Shown one piece after another: positions 37,801 to 48,639 of a stretch of 52,470 bases of DNA (position 1 is its first letter; the number at the start of each line of letters is the position of its first letter). The stretch covers positions 1-52,470 of the forward strand of contig NIVC01004264.1 in the NCBI GenBank assembly GCA_002269645.1, in the 5' to 3' direction. The translations under genes and the position numbers were made by a program. The notes under the pieces are model-generated. The model was not told the origin of the DNA. It did not search any database and saw nothing but the letters and a program-made list of their open reading frames with translations. The stretch is from Macrostomum lignano (lineage: Eukaryota).

Positions 37801-40651
37801 CTTGTACGACGGATTTTATATTTGGAATTAGGAGGTTAGAAGTTACGACAAATGCAAGAAATACGAGAATATAACAAAAAACATTGAGCAGGTGAGCGAC
37901 AGCGCTGCTGGAGCAGAATTTGGGGGTTTAAACGCTAGCGCGACGCGACAGCCCCCAACGCCGACGGCTCCCCGCCACCCCTAACACACTTTGCAAGCAG
38001 CCTATATGCTGTAAGGTTTAGCAGTTAGGGATATCATTCCTGGCTAAGGAATACCGCACAATTCCTCCTTGTTTGTCTCAATCGAAAAAAAACAGAAAAG
38101 CGGCTGACGAAGACGGCAGCGCGGGTGCCGCGCATGACTACGGCATGCTGCTGATCAAGGGCGGTCACGGAAGCCACCGAGTGCGCGAAGGCCTCCAGTA
38201 TCTGCAGAGGGCGGCCCAGCTCACCAACGAGCGCGACCCGCGGACCCTCACCTCTTTAGGCTGGTACGCCGAGAGGCATGAGGGCGACATGGCCAAGGCC
38301 ATCGATCTCTACAAGCGAGCCGCCGCTCTGGGAGGCCACGACGCCGTGTACAACCTCGGCGTACTTCGCGACATCGGATTCCCGCAGCATGGACTGCCAA
38401 AGGATCGACGCGAAGCGTTCCGGCACTTCACGGAGGCCGCCGGGCGCGGGCTGCTGCACGCTGCGATCATGGTGGCAAAGTACAGGCGGCGCCACATGCC
38501 GGACATCGGCTTGCCAAGGGACTTGGGACAGGCGACCGAGTGAGTGAAGCTTTTTATACCGCAAGTGCGAGTGCCCGCCTGCGTGTGCGTGCGGACGTAT
38601 CCTAGCAGTCAGCGGAGGGGGCTTAGCAGCATGCCTATCTGCCGACTGTTACTCGACTGTCCCCTTGAATCGCAGCAGTACCCAAATGTATCTTAAGGAC
38701 TTCTTGAGTAGTCTGCTACTACTACACACTGCTACTAGTGATACTTGAAGCATCCATGTGAAAAACTTTATAAACTTTAAAACCACCCCTCTTCCCTCTA
38801 CCCCTATTCCCTCTACCCCTATTCCCTCTTCCCCTCTTCCCTTTACTCCTCCTTCTACCCCTCTTCCTCTCCCTCCCTCTCCTCCCTGCACCACACTTCT
38901 ATCTATCCTTTTCCTCAAACCTCTATCTATCTTTGCTTTGTACCTCCGATCTACCCAACTAAATGTACCCGAATACCCCGCAGATGGTCCCGTTACGTGG
39001 CGGAGCTCAACCCCAAAGTAGGGGCACTGCTGACCAAAGCCATTGTGGCCTATCGCAAGGAGCAAATGTGAGTGTCAAAAAAATTACATTTAGCTACGAG
39101 CTTAGGTAAAGAGGGCGACTACAGACTGGCTATAATGATTTTAAACAACTTCAGCGAGACCTCAGCCCTGTGGTACACCTTAGCTGCATACTGCGGATTG
39201 GAGGTAGCCAACTTCAACTTGGCCTACCTGTGCGACCAGCATAGCAACCGGCTGAACGGCAGGTTCGCCAAGGAGTGCCAGTTTCATCACTACAACAGGA
39301 GCGTCTGGAGGGACGAGAATCAAGTACACGCCAAGTGTGAGTTTCTTAGTTCAATTTTGGACGGTTTGGGATAGTTCTTGAAATGAGAATGCAAATGGAT
39401 GAGTTGGGATCAGTATAACCAGTGAGATGCATGAGGACCGCGATAGAACAGAGTCAGTGAGGAAAGGAAAATGAGGGAAATGAGATAAATGTACAGGTGG
39501 GATCAGTGATAGATATGAGATAATGGGAGATGAGATCATAGAGGGAGATTTGTGAATCGGATGAAATGCGGAGTTGATAGGTTGGATGCATGCAAGAATA
39601 TTAACAATAGCTGGGCTACCAGCGCCAGTCACACTACTGAACAAAACCCGAGAGTAGGCTAAGCGGGGCATAACCATTCTTTCCTCAGCGCTGACGCGCA
39701 TGGGAGACTACCACAGCCTGGGCTTGGCGCACGCCTCCAACCTGAGCGCCGCCGTGGATTTTTACACTCGCGCGGTTGCCAAGGGCGACCCGGAGGCGGC
39801 CTTCAACCTGGCCGTCCTGGCCGAGGCTGGCCGTCTGTCGCCGAGTACGGCGAACAAGCTGACTGGCGACGCCTTCGAGGGCGACGGCGAGGGCGATCCC
39901 AGCTGGCTGTTGATGGGACCACGGGCGAGAGCCGCGTTTCGACTGTACAGGCTGTGAGGACTTGCTTGGGATGGGGCTTCTGTAGGGCAAGCTGTGGTCT
40001 GTGTACTTTTGCAACCTTTGTCCTGTCTGTGTATTTTTGCAACCTGTGTCCTGTCTGTGTACTTTTGCAACCTTTGTCCTGTCTGTGTATTTTTGCAACC
40101 TGTGTCCTGTCTGTGTACTTTTGCAACCTGTGTCCTGTCTGTGTACTTTTGCAACCTGTGTCCTGTCTGTGTACTTTTGCAACCTGTGTCCTGTCTGTGT
40201 ACTTTTGCAACCTGTGTCCTGTCTGTGTACTTTTGCAACCTGTGTCCTGTCTGTGTACTTTTGCAACCTTTGTCCTGTCTGTGTACTTTTGAAACCTATG
40301 TCCTGTCTGTGTACTTTTGCAACCTGTGTCCTGTCTGTGTACTTTTTCAACCTGTGTCCTGTCTGTGTACTGTGTCTTACAGCGGCCTCAAGGAGTTAGA
40401 GTGTTTCTACTTTTATACTTCTATCGATATTAACGAAAGCATGGATGATGCTTTACCTCACCTGACCCTTCCCACGCAGGTGTGAAAAGCTGTCAAAGAC
40501 CGAAACCGACCTGCCTTGTCGCCTCGCCCGCTACAAGCTTAAATTATTAACCTACATTTCCCATTACCTGGACGTTCTTAGAGGTGCCTTGTTGGCCAGT
40601 CTGCTGGCTCTGGCCGCTTGGAGATACATGTGCAGCAGCCACAGGGACTGA
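13878..40651 (+). CDS. SEL1L3: SEL1L3-like protein (signal peptide, LamG/ConA-like region, Sel1 repeats, C-terminal TM), ~1070 aa. Exons 13878-13994, 19605-20067, 34069-34192, 34466-34712, 35448-35506, 35719-35990, 36138-36397, 36498-36638, 36981-37363, 38096-38539, 38984-39067, 39155-39336, 39689-39953, 40480-40651
   Basis: All 13 introns are GT-AG with matching phases, and the 3213-nt spliced frame is open. Segments recall vertebrate SEL1L3 from memory (FTFSTWIYL..C, VRLTDE..VKEVT..EDDLFQWISHQAGRG..WAKRKMADLLYWG, YTLAAYCGLEVANFNLAYLCD, LTRMGDYH). N-terminal signal MTRRICRSFVFLLAFALVAA. Confidence 0.88.
14490..14680 (-). pseudogene. Decayed copy of the His-rich micropeptide precursor gene in SEL1L3 intron 1
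   Basis: Keeps the family 5'UTR (GCTGCCGACTGCTCAACACAAC...GACTCAAGCAATC) and ATGAAGTGGCAGCT at 14597, then diverges (MKWQLALRHLLRS...PT*); E-box/TATA module and His peptide are lost. Confidence 0.75.
16104..19375 (-). mobile_element. Full-length, apparently intact RTE-clade non-LTR retrotransposon
   Basis: Single 1040-aa ORF, (TTG)n 3' tail, 9-bp TSD CAAATCGGA at 16095-16103 and 19376-19384. Confidence 0.92.
16166..19288 (-). CDS. APE endonuclease + reverse transcriptase (RTE-like ORF2)
   Basis: APE motifs LGTMNCRTL, SLQEV, VLGDLNA, LDH, SDH; RT motifs DHRGISL, EQNGFR, FVDFRKAFDSV, GVLQGDTLAPFLF, LGYADD, FTYLG. Confidence 0.96.
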   Translation of the reverse strand: MTSVGSDGRASAAAAKLSTAGTAGTRRGQRSAQRRTERRRERNRRGRLRGAARRLLSPVPATSTMDPPGGAGDHEANLHLAPAVPGGRLRLGTMNCRTLKAPWRRTILVQLAHDLQLDLVSLQEVSIVAEPGLHSEDLGAGWSLLYTSADNRGRGGVGVLIGPRLRQSVHCISLSPRLMRVDLRLRARCIRLFCAYAPTAAHPEEARAFSDFLAGQLEEVPNRDTLAVLGDLNAVPRRSERSPFVAGRENANTDKLEDLLDRLDLVSANTQFRKPPARLVTFAGCKRRRRNARGRNATRRLAQLDHALVRTRERRRVTNCDTMAPLALRSDHRLLICDLRLRDQLYRPPKQRPRRYYRALLDTHVKRQFAGAFVSALGDQREAEYSDISTAVRAAAEQTVPLMRPAQKSLPVWQSDPTIRQARLNIERLRRNRRPTGEAEDAFERLLDERQQAAVDDAIRSITAAGPDVKSRAVWTAVRTLTGRKKRVALNLAGDTPEERRNELRDFFAGIVNAPASPLPASFALPLDTPLPAEEDFCTRQVTTEDVVLFARKTSGGKALGPDEVPVEALRLRCVASQVTGVMNRVLAGAPAPTEWTVAHIVPIPKKAGTTRKEDHRGISLMSCTAKLFNRLLLDRLQSVLDPYLRYEQNGFRPQRGTVTQILALRHVIEEARIRQSTLIIVFVDFRKAFDSVLRAALPFVLRAYRVPQQLIDAVMTLYCDTRAAVVTADGLSDLFDTSSGVLQGDTLAPFLFVLLLDWVLRTALPSANDGFLLRRRIGRRHGEKRLSVLGYADDLALLSSSVGGAQRQIDRLVEVASSVGLVVNTLKTEVLTVPADIPADLTCRGADGQTTRLARCQRFTYLGGLVPHVEEDLRRRRGLAWAAFRSIRAVLQSEALPDRQRARLWQAVVENVLLYNAETWTLTATLERQLDSAHSGLLRAAFRADESVGTEALYDRAKLQRPSTILRRRRLQLAGHVIRAEGYCPQPVQDVLLLTLQGPFRRGQARTRRYVDCLLCNAGAPDTANGADFVRSQALRRDI
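21335..21523 (-). CDS. Secreted micropeptide precursor, type A (FHLHLP-GK); most divergent spacer
   Basis: MKWQLILGVLLFAALVVA signal + acidic spacer + RKK + FHLHLPGK*; own upstream TATA module. Confidence 0.85.
   Translation of the reverse strand: MKWQLILGVLLFAALVVAEPSQEDDRGQSDSKDDPTEMDVSSMSDEQFPKLRKKFHLHLPGK
21580..21612 (-). promoter_or_regulatory. Family promoter module (GGAAA-CATGTG E-box variant, TATATA)
   Basis: Same block upstream of all intact copies. Confidence 0.6.
22859..22892 (+). promoter_or_regulatory. Family promoter module CCGGAAA-CACGTG-CCGATCCGATGCG-TATAAA
   Basis: E-box 22866-22871, TATA 22885-22890, ~95 bp before the ATG; conserved across copies. Confidence 0.7.
22981..23169 (+). 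CDS. Secreted micropeptide precursor, type B (GFHVHFH-G)
   Basis: Signal MKWQLVLGLLLCAALAVA + acidic spacer + KK + GFHVHFHG*; AATAAA at ~23356. Confidence 0.88.
   Translation: MKWQLVLGLLLCAALAVAQPTQEEAKAESESKEDPSDSDDSKLSEEQFSKLEKKGFHVHFHG
25055..25237 (-). CDS. Secreted micropeptide precursor, type A (FHLHLP-GK)
   Basis: Same architecture; intact ORF. Confidence 0.87.
   Translation of the reverse strand: MKWQLVLGLLLFAALAVAGPSEAKAESESKEDPSDSDDSKMSEEQFPKLRKKFHLHLPGK
25295..25327 (-). promoter_or_regulatory. Family promoter module with CACGTG; TATA altered to CATAAA
   Basis: Aligns with the other copies. Confidence 0.55.
26400..26830. repeat. Diverged duplicate of 46590-47010
   Basis: Shared blocks TGTCTCTACCGGGAT, CATGATATTCGCTCAAAGGAA, GAACAGCTTGAACACG, CTCGATGGCCTTTAAGAT in the same order. 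Confidence 0.85.
27557..28176. mobile_element. MITE-like / non-autonomous DNA transposon with ~159-bp near-perfect TIRs and a ~300-bp non-coding core
   Basis: 27557-27715 is the reverse complement of 28018-28176 with a few mismatches; flanking duplication reads as GTAG, TA or TAGTA depending on the boundary. Confidence 0.85.
28701..28735 (+). promoter_or_regulatory. Family promoter module (E-box + TATA)
   Basis: CCGGAAACACGTGCCGATCCGATGCGTATAAATT. Confidence 0.7.
28820..29008 (+). CDS. Secreted micropeptide precursor, type B (GFHVHFH-G), KKK processing site
   Basis: Intact ORF; spacer variant PDDSKLSEEHFSMLKKK. Confidence 0.87.
   Translation: MKWQLVLGLLLCAALAVAQPTQEEAKAESESKEDPSDPDDSKLSEEHFSMLKKKGFHVHFHG
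30200..31900 (+). mobile_element. Degraded APE-RT non-LTR retrotransposon (R1/LOA/I-like)
   Basis: Fragmented frames with LQINL, LILIHEPW, WTAYKV, PWCSPE, PGADG-like LGADG and LNLEGAFDNV motifs; many stops and frameshifts. Confidence 0.7.
32395..32428 (+). promoter_or_regulatory. Family promoter module (E-box + TATA)
   Basis: Identical core block. Confidence 0.7.
32514..32702 (+). CDS. Secreted micropeptide precursor, type B (GFHVHFH-G); protein identical to 22981-23169
   Basis: Intact ORF; differences from the 22981 copy are synonymous (e.g. CAC/CAT, TCT/TCG). Confidence 0.88.
   Translation: MKWQLVLGLLLCAALAVAQPTQEEAKAESESKEDPSDSDDSKLSEEQFSKLEKKGFHVHFHG
39990..40370. repeat. Minisatellite, 28-bp unit GTGTACTTTTGCAACCTGTGTCCTGTCT in the last SEL1L3 intron
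   Basis: About 13 tandem units. Confidence 0.96.
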
Positions 40652-40739
40652 TGCGCCCGGACCAGTACGAACAGCTTGATTACCTTGCCTTCAACATGTG
40701 AAAATTTCCGTGATTAAACCTCTAATATACATAGGTAAA

Positions 40740-41427
<688 letters not shown>

Positions 41428-41933
41428 GATTAGCATTTCATTTTACTCCTTTACCAAGGCCTTCTGGTGATTGGTATTGCATGGTTTTTGTCTCTGCTCC
41501 GCTGCATCGGAAAATATATTGATGCTGCACTTTATTGTATTTTGCCAATCTCCCTACGGTAACTCAACATGCAGTCTCTGAATTCCAGCGTATCTTGACA
41601 TTTTACCCGTTAAAAAAACCTTACCGCGCCTTCGGCAGTTTGAGACTGCTCAGAGACAGTTTAAGACTACGGAGAGACAGTTTGAGACAGATTCTAAAAA
41701 TCCTAGTTTCAATCATTTATTCTGCACATTTAAAAGATAGTGTCATTTGGCTTTACTATACAACTGCTCAAATAGAGCTCCGTGTTGTGTAGTGCAGCGC
41801 GATTAGTGGGATATATTTGCGGTACTTGTTTCATTGCTCGGGAGTCAACAAGCAAAAAAACGCTACATGATATTCGAGTAAAGCAACGCCTGTCTGCTTA
41901 CGCGAAGCAACTCAAACAACGCCGCTCCTCGGA

Positions 41934-41967
41934 CCGGAAACACGTGCCGATCCGATGCGTATAAATT
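41934..41967 (+). promoter_or_regulatory. Family promoter module (E-box + TATA)
   Basis: Identical core block. Confidence 0.7.
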
Positions 41968-42052
41968 CGTAGCTGCCGACTGCTCAACACAACAAGCTCA
42001 GGCTCGATTCAATCTACACACAGCTCGAAGAATCAACGCGACTCAAGCAATC

Positions 42053-42235
42053 ATGAAGTGGCAACTGGTTCTCGGACTTCTGGTGCTCGCAGCCCTGGTC
42101 GTTGTCGAGCCCTCGGAGGCCAAGGCCGAAAGTGAGTCGAAGGAGGATCCGTCCGACTCGGACGATTCCAAGATGTCGGAGGAGCAGTTCCCGAAGCTGA
42201 GGAAAAAATTCCATCTCCATTTACCTGGTAAATAA
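42053..42235 (+). CDS. Secreted micropeptide precursor, type A (FHLHLP-GK)
   Basis: Intact ORF downstream of SEL1L3. Confidence 0.86.
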   Translation: MKWQLVLGLLVLAALVVVEPSEAKAESESKEDPSDSDDSKMSEEQFPKLRKKFHLHLPGK

Positions 42236-43470
42236 GCCACATCGCACATCGAAGTCGCTTCATTGATGATTAAGACAACTCACAGCTGACCGAACTTTGA
42301 ACACTGACTTGGAACCCTACTCAGTCTTTATTCGCTGATCAGTTATAAAAAATATAACTGCAAGTACCATCTAATCAGGCATCAACTACAACTATAACAT
42401 ATTGTTGATCTTTGTGAATTTCTTTAAGTTGCGAGTCGTCTCGTGTGGGGAAGTTGTACGAGGTACATGTACTTGGAGATAATGATTTGTGACGTCACAT
42501 AAAATTCAACAAAAATGTGTCGATGAGATAAGATACTCATGCACTATAGATTATTAAATAATTTTACTTAGTTTTACCGTTTAATGTAAGCACACAGCTC
42601 AATGGGCGAGTAATGGGTGTGTAATTATTAAATTGCATTCGATCCCTATCTTCACCAGTCATTTATAACTTTTTTAACTATTCCCAGCATATGACTGAAG
42701 AGCTTTAATGTTCGAGAATGCTTGCCACTGAACTTTTAGAGTTGAATGAATTTTCGGTTGTTCTTTGGTCTCGGTAAACATTATTTATTAAATGTGCAGT
42801 CGATTCATGAAACGTTAGACCATCATGTAGCAGGTGTGCATTTCATGAGAAATCACGAAAACAAGAAAAGAGAAAATGTGAGCAATCATGCGAACTGGCT
42901 TTGATCCGAAGGTAAACAAGGAGTGTCTCCCGCTGTAAGCGACACCGATCAATGTCGGTTGAATCATCAATCATCAATAATCAGCGAAGTTAGGAGCTGC
43001 CATTTATTAATAATTTTAGAAATTTAGAAACTAGAAATTTTACATCGCCATTTATGTTGTAAAATTAGTTTGAAATATAAAAATTTGGCGAAAATGAAGC
43101 GCTAAACCAAAAATGCCGTATGAACAACTTATCACATTAGCGCTATTTTGATGAATTTCAATTAAAAAATTCTTATCTGGAAGTAAATAATCTGAAATTC
43201 TTTCAAATAACGACTCGCAAATTGAACAAATTGAACAAATCGCATTAAGCTCAACAACAAATATTATAGCTGGACGTTTAAGCAGATGGTGCTGGTTGTT
43301 ATATTTGTTATACTAATACTAATCAGCGAAAAAGGTTGTGAAGATTTCACGCTTAAGTTTTCACGTTGTCACACTCAGAATTTTTGCGGTTGCGAATCAG
43401 AGTTCAAAATCAGGCAGCTGTGAGTTGTCTTAATTTCGATGAAGCGACTTCGATGTGCGATGTGGCTCAT

Positions 43471-43653
43471 CTAACCATGAAAATGAACGTGGAAGCCCTT
43501 CTTTTCCAGCTTGGAGAACTGCTCCTCCGACAGCTTGGAATCGTCCGAGTCGGACGGATCCTCCTTCGACTCACTTTCGGCCTTGGCCTCCGAGGGCTGG
43601 GCGACGGCCAGGGCTGCGAATAGCAGAAGTCCGAGAACCAGTTGCCACTTCAT
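43471..43653 (-). CDS. Secreted micropeptide precursor, type B (GFHVHFH-G)
   Basis: Intact ORF, tail-to-tail with the 42053 copy. Confidence 0.87.
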   Translation of the reverse strand: MKWQLVLGLLLFAALAVAQPSEAKAESESKEDPSDSDDSKLSEEQFSKLEKKGFHVHFHG

Positions 43654-43740
43654 GATTGCTTGAGTCGAGTCGATTCTTGGAGCCGTGTGTCAGATTGAGA
43701 CGAGTCCGAGCTTGTTGTGTTGAGCAGTCGGCAACTACGA

Positions 43741-43773
43741 ATTTATACGCATCAGATCGGCACGTGTTTCCGG
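43741..43773 (-). promoter_or_regulatory. Family promoter module (E-box + TATA)
   Basis: Reverse complement reads CCGGAAACACGTGCCGATCTGATGCGTATAAAT. Confidence 0.7.
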
Positions 43774-44789
43774 TCCGTAGAGCGGCGTTGTTTGAGATGA
43801 AGGCTTTTGCGTGAGCAGAGACAGGCGTTGCTTGGAGCGTATATCATGTAGCGTTTGTTTGCTTGTTGACACCCGAGCAATCAAACAAGTACCGCTCTAG
43901 CGTTTTCTCAGTGCAAATAAATCCCACTAATCGCGCTGCACTGCATTGCGCATCAGTTGCATAGTAAATTCAAATGCGCTATCTGTCGACTGTTTAGAAT
44001 AGATGTTTAAAATTTGGATATCTACACCATTTTACCCTCGATTTTGAACATGGAGAACTTCGAAACTGAGAAACTCTTCTTTAATATTGACACTATATGG
44101 CTGGTCACTCAAAATCTACTATCGATATTGACCATATTCTGTGATATTGACAGACCGGGCTTCAATTTAATCCAACGAAAGCCTGAACAGTGATGAAGCG
44201 ATCTGTGCAAAAGCAGCTCGTTCTGACCTTTATTTTGGGATTTACAAGAGTTGCTAAAATTTATTTTTTCCCCATTCTTCTACTAACACACTAAAATAGC
44301 CTGACTAACTAGTTGGACTGCAAAGTCTGATTTTATTTTGACTGAGTTGCTTTAAAATTGACACTGTTCTGTATACCCAAAAATTCTGCTTCACTTTTGA
44401 CAACTCCTAATCAATATGAGTTTACGAGCTGTTTACGAGCGTACAATCAATTTGGCAGCTACTTTATTACGTCTGTTCTTGGTTCTGTATGTTTCAGAAA
44501 ATAGGCTGTAGACACGTAGAATTGTCAACGATTCAAAAGAAGTATTGTACTCGTATTTTTAAATAACACGCAATGTACGATTTCTAGGTTAGGTTAGGTA
44601 TCTGGCGGGCGGGAGCTTGAGGCAACGGCGGCACATCTCCTCCCACCCAGAAAATTTGGTCAATATTCAGTTAAAGGGGTTAAAGCTTTTATTCTGCCAC
44701 ATGCTAAATCTTACATATTAGAGGTCACTGCTTTTCCTCCGGACTCCTGACTCATAAAAGTTTACATGGTTACTTACTATGGTGCATTC

Positions 44790-45360
44790 AAATACCTCCG
44801 CGGTCTGGTGAATTACGTGGAGGAAGACCTCCGGCGGCGCAGACGACTTGTCTTGGGCGGCCTTCCGTTCAATCCGAGTTATCCTCCAGTCCGAGGGCTC
44901 GGCTGTGGTAGGCGGTGGTCGATACTGTCCTGCTATACAACGCCGAGACGTGGACACTGACGGCTACGTTGGACTCGACGCACGCATGGCTCCTCCATGC
45001 GGCCTTTCGGGCTGACGAGAGCGTCGGGACCGAGGCCCTGTATGATCGGGCCTAGCTGCAGCGCCCGTCCATCATTCTGCGCCGGCGGCGACTTCAACTG
45101 GCGAGCCACGTGATCCGGGCCAAAAGCTACTGTCCCCAGCCTGCTTAGGATGTCCTGCTGCTCACCTTGCAGGGCCCGTACAGGCGGCGTCAGGCCCGAA
45201 CCCCTCGATACGTGGACTGCTTGCTGTGCGACGCTGGGGCGCCCGACACTGCCAACGGAGCGGAGTTCGGCCGCTCTCAGGCTTTGCGGCGTGCAATCTG
45301 ACGCGCCCCTGTTCTAACTGTGCTTTGCATGCGTCGCTGCACATTTTTTTGTTGTTTTTT
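44790..45360 (+). mobile_element. 5'-truncated, mutated copy of the RTE element at 16104-19375
   Basis: Nucleotide match to the ORF 3' end (GAGGAAGACCTCCGGCGGCGCAGA...GCTCTCAGGCTTTGCGGCG...TGACGCGCCC) followed by a T/TTG tail; stops and indels present. Confidence 0.88.
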
Positions 45361-46035
45361 TTATGACGTATTGCTCCATTTTTATTAAATATTCTTAACG
45401 AAAAAATCAAGCAGATATTCTTTTCACTCAGGGAAAAAGTAACTAAGACGAGGTTAGGGATAGTGCTGTTTATTTTACGCTCTAAATGCTTCGTGGACCT
45501 CAGTGCAATGTGTGTTAACCACACTCCTCCCCTTTGCGCCCTCCTTTTCGCCTAGCCCGACATCCACCGCGTTTCAAGAGGTTATAAGCCCCAGATTTTT
45601 CAGGCTTGGCCTTTTCTGTGTGCCACTGCTCGGATTAATATTCATATTTCTTCCGATTTTTTACGGTTCATCTTCAATATATTTTCTAACTGCTAATTCG
45701 ACATATGTTGGCGCAAATGCTTAAAATAAATGCAACATGCGAAAGGAGAAACCTTCCCCTCCTCGCCGCCGCGTTTTGCTCGCTGCCACCCCATCGTTTT
45801 TGTTTCTCTGTCTCTGCCAGGGACTACTTAAACTAGTAGTCCCTGGTCTCTGCTGGTGGGGGAATTAATCTTAGTTTTTGTGACCGTTTGGTTCTATCTA
45901 TTCTTTTCACAGCCTCTATGATTATTTTTATTGTATTATCTTTACTAAATCTCCTTACTTGTAATTTTCACTGTTTAATCTACTCAGACTGTAAAGCTGA
46001 TTTTGTTATTGAAAATTCTTACCAACTCAAATCAA

Positions 46036-46553
46036 CAACAACAACAACAACAAGGTACTGCTCCCGCCGGCCACGCAGTAGCCAGAAAGGGGGGAGCAGT
46101 CAGAAAGCGCGTCTCTGGGCCATTGCCCTCAGGAAGTCGCATCCCCCTGCTTGGTCCGGGGCGCCAGCGTCACTCAGAAGTCGGTCAGGGTATCGCACCG
46201 TTCGCCCTTGGCCTCGCCTCCGCGGTCCCTGCAGCTTGAGCAGCAGCACGTCGTGTAGCGGCTCAGGACAGCGGGCCTCCGACCGGATGACGTGGCCAGC
46301 CAGTCGAAGTCGCCGCCCGCGCAGCAGGTCAGAAGGCCGCGTCAGGCGGGCCCTAGTGTAGAGCGCGGCGTTGGTCTCGCTGCCTGGGCCGCTGCGCACT
46401 CCGAAAGCCGCACGCAGCATTGCCGCATGCGCAGCGTCCAGCTGCCTCTCCAAGGCGTCCGTCAGGGTCCAAGTCTCGGCGTTGTACAACAGGACAGTCT
46501 CGATGACTGCCTGAAACAGCCGAGCCTTGAGCCCGTCGTCCAGGGCCTCAGAT
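46036..46553 (-). mobile_element. 5'-truncated copy of a related RTE subfamily
   Basis: YNAETWTLT...LERQLDAAH...RLRLAGHVIR...LLL.LQGP.RRGQ matches the RTE C-terminus; (TTG)n tail; probable TSD TCAAATC(AA) at ~46027-46035 and 46554-46562. Confidence 0.88.
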
Positions 46554-46589
46554 TCAAATCAAATAGATGAATACGAGCTAGATAGAATT

Positions 46590-47010
46590 GATAGATTCTT
46601 CTTTCTTCTTTTTCACTGTCTCTACCGGGATTTTGTACATGATATTCGCTCAAAGGAATGACGAGGCTGTCAATCACAGCTTGCTGCGTCCTGGTCTCCT
46701 GAACAGCTTGAACACGCCCAGGTTGGACACATTTGACGATTTTATTTCTTCAGACTGACACGAAGTTCCCGCTAATTTTTGCCATCCTTGTTGTCAATCT
46801 AATCGTTCATTGTTTGCCGATCCTGCTGGGAGACAGAGACTTCTAATACTATGGTCATCACGGCAATCGTGAACTTTTCTATTTATTGTGGTGTCAAATG
46901 AAAGGCAGATTTGGTGCAAGGAAAGTGTAGCTCAATTTATGTTAATATCATTCTCCATTCATGGAAGGCATTCCACTGAGATGTACTTTTCCTCGATGGC
47001 CTTTAAGATG
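46590..47010. repeat. Diverged duplicate of 26400-26830
   Basis: See the partner feature. Confidence 0.85.
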
Positions 47011-47559
47011 TGAGAATGATCAATGCATTGACACCGTTTTTATTCATTACGAGCGTAGTTTCCTTTTTTAGTTTTTGGGTTTCATTTGCCGGTAATGGGG
47101 CAGCGCTTCAGTAATTTCTGGAACAAAAATCGTATGCAGCATCCACTGACCCGATCAGGACAGCGGCTAGAACTGGTATGAAACCATCGACATATCCATC
47201 GACATATGGCAAAGCACGCACTCAAATATGCCATCAAACTTGAGTAGAGGGTAGAGCGCGCGAATCACCCAAATAAGTCACAAATGAACGGCGAAGTGAG
47301 GAACTGCCGGTTAATGCTCGTGACTCGTAATTTTACAATTGTTGATTATGTTGTGGGCTTATGCGATATATTAAAATTCAAAAACATTATTGAGCACCGC
47401 AAAAGTGCTGAGTATATTATCGCATCAATAAACACGCCGGAAGGAGCCAAACGAGACAAATCAGTTGCGAAAAGCAGGCAGCGGCCGAGAAAGCGGATCC
47501 CAACCCCAATGATGGGGAAGGGAAGGAGTAAAAGCGGGAAGGCAGTCAGGTGGACGCAG

Positions 47560-48595
47560 CCTGCAGCTGCGAAGCCATGAGAGAAGCAGAGCGCTGGCGG
47601 CGCGACAGGGCAGAGCTGGAAGAAAAGTAGCGGAGAACAGCGTCCGATCTCCAGCCCCAAGAGCCCGAACGTCCGAATCTGGCAAGCCGATTTGATGACA
47701 GAAGCTGGCACCCCCACGCCGGATGCTGTGGCCGGAGAAACCAGCAGCTGGAAGGCCGCACGCAGCCAGACACGCACGAAGACAGCTGATGAGCTGGCTG
47801 GCTGAGAGCTCGCCTCCGAGGCCGTAGCCAAAGAGTGGCGCCTTGGGTCGCTGGCTGGTGACAGGTGCAGGTGAGACCGCAGGGCGCGCACAGGGCAGAG
47901 CGGTGACTCTTGAACAGGTGGCAGAAGAACGACATGCGGCGTCGACCCGAACTGGTTGGTCTTGGACTTAGGGAGGGCCAACTTCCAGCAGCCAGATGAA
48001 GCCGACAGGCAGCCCGCGAGACAGAGCGGCTGCCGCGGGTCGATAGGAAGTCGCCAAGGCGCAACATGCCCCACCAGCCCACCAGAAGAGCCGCCCAGAA
48101 GGCGGCCCTGAGATCTGCGCTTGAGATGGAGCGCGGGAGCTGCTGATGGATGCTCTTGAGGTGCTCGATGGTCAGCGGCTTCGCCTGTTTGCATCGCAGG
48201 CCCAGATGACGTTTGGCGCCGCGGAGGGCCAGCTGCACGGTGAAGTCTTTCGCTGGGTCGGGGGCGCCGGTGGCTTGGTGCAGAAAAGAGACGGCATGGA
48301 TGTAGGATCGGAGGCTAGAGAAGGACCGGAGCCGGGTGCTCACCAGGTGCGCGATGTAGCGGCAGAGCAGGTCCCCGTCAGCTGGAGATGAAGGGCGGCC
48401 TGCGCTAACACAGAAGGCTTCCCAGGAGCGCAGCTGGCTGAGGTGGGATCGCCAGGAGTTCTCCGCCAGGCCGAGGCGGCGCAGGTGTCCGGCGGACACA
48501 GCGCGGGGGCGGGCGGCGTCTCCGGAGGGCGAGGGCGACCTGCAAAAGGAGGCGAGATTGGGAAGCGGCAGAGAGCGCGTGCGACGCGAACTCAA
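47560..48595 (-). pseudogene. Tyrosine recombinase, frameshifted
   Basis: GLAENSWRSH..QLRSWEAFC, GMLRLGD, LPKSKTNQFG, CPVRAL, GWRSDAVLRY spread over two frames. Confidence 0.85.
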
Positions 48596-48639
48596 GCGGG
48601 CAGATCACGAGCGTACGGCAGTAGCGGCAGCAAAAGTTA

